Shown piece after piece: positions 57,638 to 64,000 of a DNA stretch of 64,000 bases. The notes under the pieces are model-generated. The model ran no database searches, was not told where the DNA came from, and saw nothing but the letters and a program-made list of their open reading frames with translations. Positions within the stretch are counted from its first letter, which is position 1. Every line of letters begins with the position of its first letter. A program made the translations under genes and the position numbers. The stretch is from an uncultured virus (IMG/VR IMGVR_UViG_3300033163_000075). Lineage: Duplodnaviria; Heunggongvirae; Uroviricota; Caudoviricetes. The stretch lies in IMG/VR virus record IMGVR_UViG_3300033163_000075. One strand, 5' to 3'.

Positions 57638-60160
57638 ATGGCTCTTAAAAATATATTGAATACCCAAGATGCCTTCACCGGCGAGTTCCCGGCTGCATGG
57701 GCTCCCGACGGTCTCTGGCGTTTTAACGAGTCCGAACCGGATGCAGATGATTATCTGGCGGATTCCTCCGGGAAGGATCGCAAGGCATATATTCATAACT
57801 GGAGCGGAACAACCGCAGATATGAAAACAGGCAATTTCGGTCGCTATTTTCAGATGAACATCAATAATCCTTCATCGGAGAAAACCTACCTGAAGGTAGA
57901 AAACGACGGCAGCATCTTTTCAAGCCTCGGTGAAACCATCGTGGTCGGCGGCTGGATGAAGCCCACGACATATTCAGTCGGCAACACCTATACTCCGATC
58001 TTGAATACCCGCTATGGTTCTGGACAGCCGATTTTCTATCTGTCGCTGATCAGAGGAAAACCGAGAATTATGCTGTATAACTCCTCCGGTTCTCTGATCC
58101 TCGATACGTCGGTAACGCCATCATTCTCTTTGCTAAACGGTTACTGGTATTTTATCGCCTGTGTGATCAAGCCTAATGCCAAGACAGCACAGTATATCCT
58201 TGGCGATAAGAGCTCCGGCACGATTTGGCAGTCAAATGTGTTGACCTTTACCGGAGAGCTGAATCGTAGCTGCGTGGCTGACCTCATCTGGGGAATGCAC
58301 GCAGACTCCTACTGGTATGCAGGCGGCTTTGATGATTGGTTCCTCGACTGTGATTCTGATCTAACCGCCGATGACCTTGCAGAATATTTTCTGGAATCGC
58401 TCTCCGCAAACGGTGCAGATCTGACCGGTGATGTGGACGCTCTGACGACACCGGATGTCGTTACGCTTCGAGCTACAGACTCTGTCTATCCGTCAAGCGG
58501 ACAGCTCATTACTGCAGCAAGGGACTGTGGCGTGACTGGCAACGGCAGAGTTTCTGTAAAAGCAGATTACTCTCCGGGAGAGACCTCTATCTCGCTTGTG
58601 GAAACAGCCACCTCAGATGACCTCTCCACTTGGACAGAGTGGCAGGCTGTCGGTGCAAACGGCGAGCTGGAATCTCCTACAAGGAAATACATCAAATACC
58701 GCGTCACGCTTTCTACCACAAATACAGCAAGGACGCCTACGCTGACATCTATCAGTCTGTACGATAATCCAAAGCCGCTCTATACCAAACTTGGCTATGC
58801 AAGACCGGTCATTCTGGACTCAGACGGGAATGTAGAAGCTGTGCTGGATAACGCCTATGACATCATCGTGACCAGTGAGATCAACGGCGTGGATGAGCTG
58901 GAATTTAAGCTGCCGTTTCAGGACAGCAAACGCGCCTATATCGATAACGAAAAGACCGTGCGTATTGTCAGCGATACCTATCGCATCCGCACGATTACGG
59001 ACGACAAGGAAGAAAGCGGCAAGGCCATCACCACGGTCTATGCAGAAGCGGCGTTCTATGATCTTGCCTATTCCGTGAAAAAGGATGAGATTACCTTTAA
59101 CGCAGACATGGCTGATGTGCCGATAGCTTATGCTCTTCAGGGAACTGACTGGGATATGGGCACGGTTAATGTCTCCACAAAGCGTACTTGGACTTGCTCT
59201 GAGAAAAACGCGCTGGCAATTTTGCGTGCAGTACAGAACATTCACGGCGGCGACCTGATTTTTGATAACGCAAACAGGATCGTGAAGCTCCTGACCTTCT
59301 CCGGTGAGGATTCCGGCGTGCTGTTCTGCTACAAGAAAAATATGAAATCCATCCAACGCGTCATTGATACGACCAGCCTGATTACAAGGCTTTACGCCTA
59401 TGGCAAGGACGGCATGACCTTTGCTTCGATCAATGGCGGCAACGAATATGTGCAGGACACGACCTATACTTCCGAAATACGAATTGCTACGCTGGATTGC
59501 TCGAACTTCACCAATCCATATCAGATGCTGGAATATGCCAACATGCGACTTGCAGACTATGCCTCTCCGCGTATCTCCTATGTGCTAAAGGCGATGGATC
59601 TGTCAGTATTGACCGGCTATGAACATGAAACATGGGCGCTGGGCGATACGGTCATGGTGAAGGATGATGACCTGAACCTGTCTGTAAAGACCAGAATCGT
59701 CCGCAGGGAATACAACCTGCAGGAGCCTTGGAATACGGTGCTGGAACTTTCCACTACCCTCCGGGAGCTGGGCGATTCCTCCTCACGCTGGGATAGCGCA
59801 GCCGATACGCTGGAGTCTACCGATCTGATAGACAGTCAGGAAATGAAGGATCTGGTGCCGTTTAATCACCTGCGTAATTCCAGAGCAGATTCCGGTCTTA
59901 CCTACTGGCAAAACTCCGGATTTACCGTGGATGCAGATAATGGCGTATCCGGCACGGCTTCCTTCAAATGCGAAGGTGCGCTGAATACCACAAAGAGTCT
60001 TTCACAGACCATAACGCCCGCCAACCGGCAGTGCTATACCTTTTCGGCGCAGATTGCCTCTGAGAATCTCTCAAAAGGTACGAATGGACAGGTGGGCATT
60101 GAGGTGACCTTTGAATACGAGGACGGAACAACGGAAACACGATTTATAGACCTGATCTGA
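57638..60160 (+). CDS. Tail spike / minor structural protein (LamG-like N-terminus + prophage tail domain + partial CBM)
   Basis: LWRFNE..WYFIA..GGFDD; EING..LEF, TRLYAYG, LGDTV.V.D. Confidence 0.8.
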   Translation: MALKNILNTQDAFTGEFPAAWAPDGLWRFNESEPDADDYLADSSGKDRKAYIHNWSGTTADMKTGNFGRYFQMNINNPSSEKTYLKVENDGSIFSSLGETIVVGGWMKPTTYSVGNTYTPILNTRYGSGQPIFYLSLIRGKPRIMLYNSSGSLILDTSVTPSFSLLNGYWYFIACVIKPNAKTAQYILGDKSSGTIWQSNVLTFTGELNRSCVADLIWGMHADSYWYAGGFDDWFLDCDSDLTADDLAEYFLESLSANGADLTGDVDALTTPDVVTLRATDSVYPSSGQLITAARDCGVTGNGRVSVKADYSPGETSISLVETATSDDLSTWTEWQAVGANGELESPTRKYIKYRVTLSTTNTARTPTLTSISLYDNPKPLYTKLGYARPVILDSDGNVEAVLDNAYDIIVTSEINGVDELEFKLPFQDSKRAYIDNEKTVRIVSDTYRIRTITDDKEESGKAITTVYAEAAFYDLAYSVKKDEITFNADMADVPIAYALQGTDWDMGTVNVSTKRTWTCSEKNALAILRAVQNIHGGDLIFDNANRIVKLLTFSGEDSGVLFCYKKNMKSIQRVIDTTSLITRLYAYGKDGMTFASINGGNEYVQDTTYTSEIRIATLDCSNFTNPYQMLEYANMRLADYASPRISYVLKAMDLSVLTGYEHETWALGDTVMVKDDDLNLSVKTRIVRREYNLQEPWNTVLELSTTLRELGDSSSRWDSAADTLESTDLIDSQEMKDLVPFNHLRNSRADSGLTYWQNSGFTVDADNGVSGTASFKCEGALNTTKSLSQTITPANRQCYTFSAQIASENLSKGTNGQVGIEVTFEYEDGTTETRFIDLI

Positions 60161-60173
60161 AGGAGGGATTTCT

Positions 60174-60365
60174 ATGGCTTCATTTACACACGTGGCACAG
60201 GATGTCTCTCCTCAGTATGGCCGCGTCACAAAGATCACCATCCGGGTATGCGTGACCGACTGCACTGGAACTGTATATATAACAGATATGCTCCTGCAGG
60301 GCGGCTCCATCGCCACCGGCTGGGTAGGCCATGTATCAGAAATTCAATGGACGGAGGACGGATAA
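60174..60365 (+). CDS. Small tail-associated protein
   Basis: AGGAGG RBS; paralogous to the N-terminus of the next gene. Confidence 0.65.
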   Translation: MASFTHVAQDVSPQYGRVTKITIRVCVTDCTGTVYITDMLLQGGSIATGWVGHVSEIQWTEDG

Positions 60366-60944
60366 ATGCCGGAGTTTACACGCTTTACAGAGACAATTAC
60401 AAAAAAACAGGATAAGCGCGTCGTAAACATCACGGTAAAGCCCACCGTCATAGATTGCACCGGTTCGGTCTGGTTTACCGACTTGATGCTGCAGGAAGGC
60501 GATAAAGTCACAGGCTTTGTCATCAACACCGAAACGTTTCTGGAAAAATACGATGGCGATGATGCTACAGACGGAAAGAGGTTTTATAACGGTATCGTCC
60601 GCTCCGCTGCTACCTGCGTCATCTTCAATCTCGGTACCACTGCTGCCGGTCTTGACTACAAGGTCTATCCGATTCAGGCGATGGCTGCCGGGTGTATATC
60701 GCTTGCGCTGGGTGAAGGTGCTCATAAGGCAACTTTCAAAGCAGCGGCTGCTGCCGGTGATGAATTTGACCTTTTTGCCTCTACAAGGGAGTGCCTGAAG
60801 AACGGCTCTGCAACATCCAAGGACGGCTTTTTCCAATACTCTGCTGCCGGTGACAGCAAGCACCCGATTACTGTGGCAGATAAAAAGTCTGCACGCATCT
60901 ATGTTGAGTTTCAGGAAATGCAGGACGGAGGTGATGCCCTGTGA
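60366..60944 (+). CDS. Tail-associated hypothetical protein
   Basis: GGAGG RBS; coupled to the GH18 gene. Confidence 0.7.
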   Translation: MPEFTRFTETITKKQDKRVVNITVKPTVIDCTGSVWFTDLMLQEGDKVTGFVINTETFLEKYDGDDATDGKRFYNGIVRSAATCVIFNLGTTAAGLDYKVYPIQAMAAGCISLALGEGAHKATFKAAAAAGDEFDLFASTRECLKNGSATSKDGFFQYSAAGDSKHPITVADKKSARIYVEFQEMQDGGDAL

Positions 60945-63412
60945 GCTATGATTATTTGAAAGGCCGCAAGTGCATGGTCTGGACATTCATGGGCAATTCC
61001 AGAATGTATCAGGCACTTGCCGCATATGGAGACCGCCTCTCGCAAGTAGGTCTCTTTTCTTTTAAGGTATCGCGCACCGGTGTCATCACGGAAAGCGGCG
61101 TGGCCATTTCCAATATGCTGACCTACATCAACCGATGGCCGCATATCAAATGGCTGCTGACGATATCCAACGATGGCACGAACAGTATCTTTGCTGCTCT
61201 CCGGGATAACACCGACGGCGCTCAAGATACCTTCCTTTCGGAGATCGTCCGCATTATGGAAAAATACCCGTGGTGCGACGGCATCGACATCGACCTTGAG
61301 AAGGGCGACGGGTATTCCACGCACGCTGCCTCCACGGCAATGTTTCGGAATATCTATAACACAGTAAAAGGCTATGATAACAGCAAACTCATAAACATCT
61401 GCCTGCCGGGTATGAATTCCATCAACGGCTCGGTCGGCGGCGAGAACTGGTGCGTTTACGGCGACCTCAATGCTTACTGCGATACGGCGGCCATCATGAG
61501 CTATGGCATGGCGTGGGCAGGCTCTGCTCCCGGAGCCGTCTCTCCAAGGGACTGGCTGGAGGGCATTTACGACTATGCGGTCACAGTCATGAATCCGGAG
61601 AAGATATTCTTCGGCCTTCCTGCATACGGATGGAACTGGCAGATTTATGACCTTCCTGCAAACCTCGGTAAAACCTATCGCGGCACATCAAATACCTATT
61701 ACGCGGCAAAGAACTGGATGACCGGGCAATACAACTTCACGGACGATGCTCCTCCGCAGCCCTTCATCCCGATCCTCGCATATTGGGATGACTACGATAT
61801 GGTGCCTTGGGCGCTTCCGCAAGTCTACGACTTCATGGAAGGCAGGGACGCCACAAGCTATGAGTATCCTTTGATGAACGGAACCTATAACAGGCGGCAT
61901 TACCTGACGGCTTACAGCAAAGAACAACACACAGAGTTCGGCACCATTTATGTGGATGCGAATGGAACGACAAGCTCTTACTCCGGCATTGTGTCCTTTG
62001 AAAACGGCGTGGCCACTCTCGGTGACGCTGGCTCTGCCACATATTCCTTTTCCGTATCAAGCGCCGGAACCTACGACATAGCCATCCGCCTCTGCTATCC
62101 CTTCTGGGATAAAAACGGCATCTATATTTCGATTGATGGCAACACGACGCATTTTACGGAAAGCAGGCTCTGGTGGCCATATTGGAGAAGCACCTTCTGG
62201 ACAACGCTCGCCAGCAACATTTCACTATCTGCCGGAACGCACACCATTGTGATATCCGTAGATGTAAAAGGCGTACAGTTTTACGGCTACCGTGTTTGCA
62301 GCAACTTTTCGGAGGCTCCCTCTGCGGGCACTGCGACCTTTACGCTCTCACCACGCCACTTTATCGACGTGGACGGCAACGAGTGTCAGCCGGACAGAGC
62401 TTTCAAGCTCACCTGCGAAATGCTGAGGCGAAAGCCGGACTCTGCCCTTATCTGGTATGAGGATTTCCGGGACTACGGTGTGCTGCAAACAAACTACTGG
62501 GCGACCCTTTCAGGCTCTTGGACGGTATGGCGCGAAGATGAATATTCCGAAAGCCGCGTCTACTCCCAGCTTGACGGCTCCGGAAAGCTCGCATGGCGAT
62601 ACGACGGCTTTTCCGATATTCATCTGCGGGCAAGGTTGGCCTTCCCTGCGACAGGAAGTGGCAAGGCCGGAGTATTCTGCGGTGATCTGTTCTGCTGCCT
62701 GAATTACAACACACAGGCCGTTGAATTATATAACGGCAGCACGCTACTTGGAAGCTATAGCCAGACCATAGAGCGGACGGCAAATGCCGACCTTCGTACC
62801 AATCCATCCATGTACACAGTCGAGATGCGTATCCGTGGAAACAAGGTGCGTGTCTATTCCGGATCTTCCTATACGCTGCGCTTCACAGCTACGGTCAGCG
62901 GCTTTTCCGGAGGCTATGCCGGATACCGGTCAGATAACCGGACGGTCTGCGAACTGCTCCGCCTTGGCGATGCATGGACTTACGAGCCCTACGAGCGCTT
63001 TGATGTTACCTTCCCGGACGGCACAGTTACGCAGTATGGAAGGATCAGCCGGTCGAACGCCACATGGGATACGGAATTTCAGGTGTTTACGCTGACCTCG
63101 GATATCGAGGAGGATGCGACACGCAGCGAGAGCATTTCTCTGGATTATGAGTTCTACCACTCCCATGAGCTTGCCCTGACCTGTGGCAACGATTATACGG
63201 TGACCATCACGCCAAAGGACATCGACATCTGGATAGCAAGGCTCTTTCTCGGTGATGCTGACGGCTTTTCCATCCTCTACTATCAGGACGTGGATTCGCT
63301 CGTTTACTGGGCAAATGAAGCGGCCTACCGCTGGGGAGTGAGAGGCTTTGCCATGTGGTCGCTGGGACAGGAGGATATGCGGCTCTGGGAGGCGCTACCA
63401 AAACAGATATAA
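60941..63412 (+). CDS. GH18 glycoside hydrolase with inserted beta-sandwich domains
   Basis: DGIDIDLE catalytic motif, MSY, GLPAYGW, G.AMWSLGQED. Confidence 0.85.
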   Translation: MSYDYLKGRKCMVWTFMGNSRMYQALAAYGDRLSQVGLFSFKVSRTGVITESGVAISNMLTYINRWPHIKWLLTISNDGTNSIFAALRDNTDGAQDTFLSEIVRIMEKYPWCDGIDIDLEKGDGYSTHAASTAMFRNIYNTVKGYDNSKLINICLPGMNSINGSVGGENWCVYGDLNAYCDTAAIMSYGMAWAGSAPGAVSPRDWLEGIYDYAVTVMNPEKIFFGLPAYGWNWQIYDLPANLGKTYRGTSNTYYAAKNWMTGQYNFTDDAPPQPFIPILAYWDDYDMVPWALPQVYDFMEGRDATSYEYPLMNGTYNRRHYLTAYSKEQHTEFGTIYVDANGTTSSYSGIVSFENGVATLGDAGSATYSFSVSSAGTYDIAIRLCYPFWDKNGIYISIDGNTTHFTESRLWWPYWRSTFWTTLASNISLSAGTHTIVISVDVKGVQFYGYRVCSNFSEAPSAGTATFTLSPRHFIDVDGNECQPDRAFKLTCEMLRRKPDSALIWYEDFRDYGVLQTNYWATLSGSWTVWREDEYSESRVYSQLDGSGKLAWRYDGFSDIHLRARLAFPATGSGKAGVFCGDLFCCLNYNTQAVELYNGSTLLGSYSQTIERTANADLRTNPSMYTVEMRIRGNKVRVYSGSSYTLRFTATVSGFSGGYAGYRSDNRTVCELLRLGDAWTYEPYERFDVTFPDGTVTQYGRISRSNATWDTEFQVFTLTSDIEEDATRSESISLDYEFYHSHELALTCGNDYTVTITPKDIDIWIARLFLGDADGFSILYYQDVDSLVYWANEAAYRWGVRGFAMWSLGQEDMRLWEALPKQI

Positions 63413-63491
63413 CTTCATACACGGATACAGTTCACGAGGCTGTCTGCAAAATGCAGGCGGCTTTTATTTTGCACAAAGGAGGGATTTTCTC

Positions 63492-63905
63492 ATGAAAGAA
63501 TTCTGGAACACGATCCAACTGGTATTTGCTGCTGTCGGAGGATGGCTTGGCTATTTCTTAGGCGGCTGTGACGGGCTATTGATTGCGCTGGTGATCTTTG
63601 TGACCTGCGACTACCTTACCGGCATCATGTGTGCCATTGCCGACAAAAAGCTCTCAAGCGAGGTCGGCTTTAAGGGAATCTGCCGCAAGGTGCTGATCTT
63701 CCTGCTGGTGGGCATCGGGAACGTCATTGATGTTCAGGTGCTCGGACATCCGGGAGTGCTCCGCACGGCGATCATCTTCTTTTACCTGTCTAATGAAGGA
63801 CTGTCACTGACGGAGAACGCAGCACATCTCGGCCTGCCGGTACCGGAGAAATTAAAGGAGGTCTTGGAGCAGCTCCACGACCGTCACGATGAGGAGGAAA
63901 GATAA
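63492..63905 (+). CDS. Phage holin
   Basis: GG.LG..LGG.D..L..DY.TG..SS..GFKG..K..NEG.S..EN. Confidence 0.9.
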   Translation: MKEFWNTIQLVFAAVGGWLGYFLGGCDGLLIALVIFVTCDYLTGIMCAIADKKLSSEVGFKGICRKVLIFLLVGIGNVIDVQVLGHPGVLRTAIIFFYLSNEGLSLTENAAHLGLPVPEKLKEVLEQLHDRHDEEER

Positions 63906-63906
63906 C

Positions 63907-64000
63907 ATGACGAGAAAAGGAATCGACGTCAGTCATTGGCAGGGAACCATTGACTGGAATAAGGTCAAAAAGGCCGGTATCGAGTTTGCCATCATCAAGG
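63907..64000 (+). CDS. GH25 endolysin (5' part, truncated by the window end)
   Basis: MTRKGIDVSHWQGTIDWNKVKKAGIEFAIIK. Confidence 0.85.
   Translation, partial: MTRKGIDVSHWQGTIDWNKVKKAGIEFAIIK

Larger units (their letters stand above)
15990..64000. mobile_element. Element 2: apparently intact siphovirus-type prophage with defence cargo; continues beyond the window
   Basis: Complete replication-packaging-head-tail-lysis gene order; left att at ~15990. Confidence 0.9.

Noticed and set aside
57638..63412. Diversity-generating retroelement or invertible tail cassette
   Set aside because: No reverse transcriptase, invertase or TR/VR-type repeat found

Overview
Firmicute (Clostridia-like) integration hotspot with two related prophage-type elements in tandem at the 3' end of an rlmD/rumA-like gene (minus strand). 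The displaced 'HVETVV..' tails sit at 86-127 and 15946-15990, each inside a ~52-bp inverted-repeat att site typical of large serine recombinases. Element 2 (~15990 to beyond 64000) looks like an intact siphovirus-type prophage: sigma-like activator, PolA/primase/SNF2 replication, HK97 head, long tail, GH18, holin and the start of a GH25 lysin. It carries a minus-strand defence cargo: type I RM with an embedded HEPN gene, Hachiman, DUF262 and a Tox-GHH/SMI1 pair. Element 1 (~127-15990) is a sibling that lost essentially all phage genes in one deletion, leaving an early-gene/recombinase chimera. It kept a different cargo: RloC-like ATPase, twin MvaI/BcnI endonucleases with a fused double methyltransferase, GmrSD-like protein and two HEPN proteins. 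Most notable: two coupled hypothetical genes share an 18-aa motif (C-terminus of one, N-terminus of the next) conserved at protein but not DNA level, resembling amyloid-type signalling pairs; CCWGG appears absent from the whole 64 kb; and there is a cassette-like capture point at the cargo end. All family assignments come from motif recognition by eye, with no database searches.
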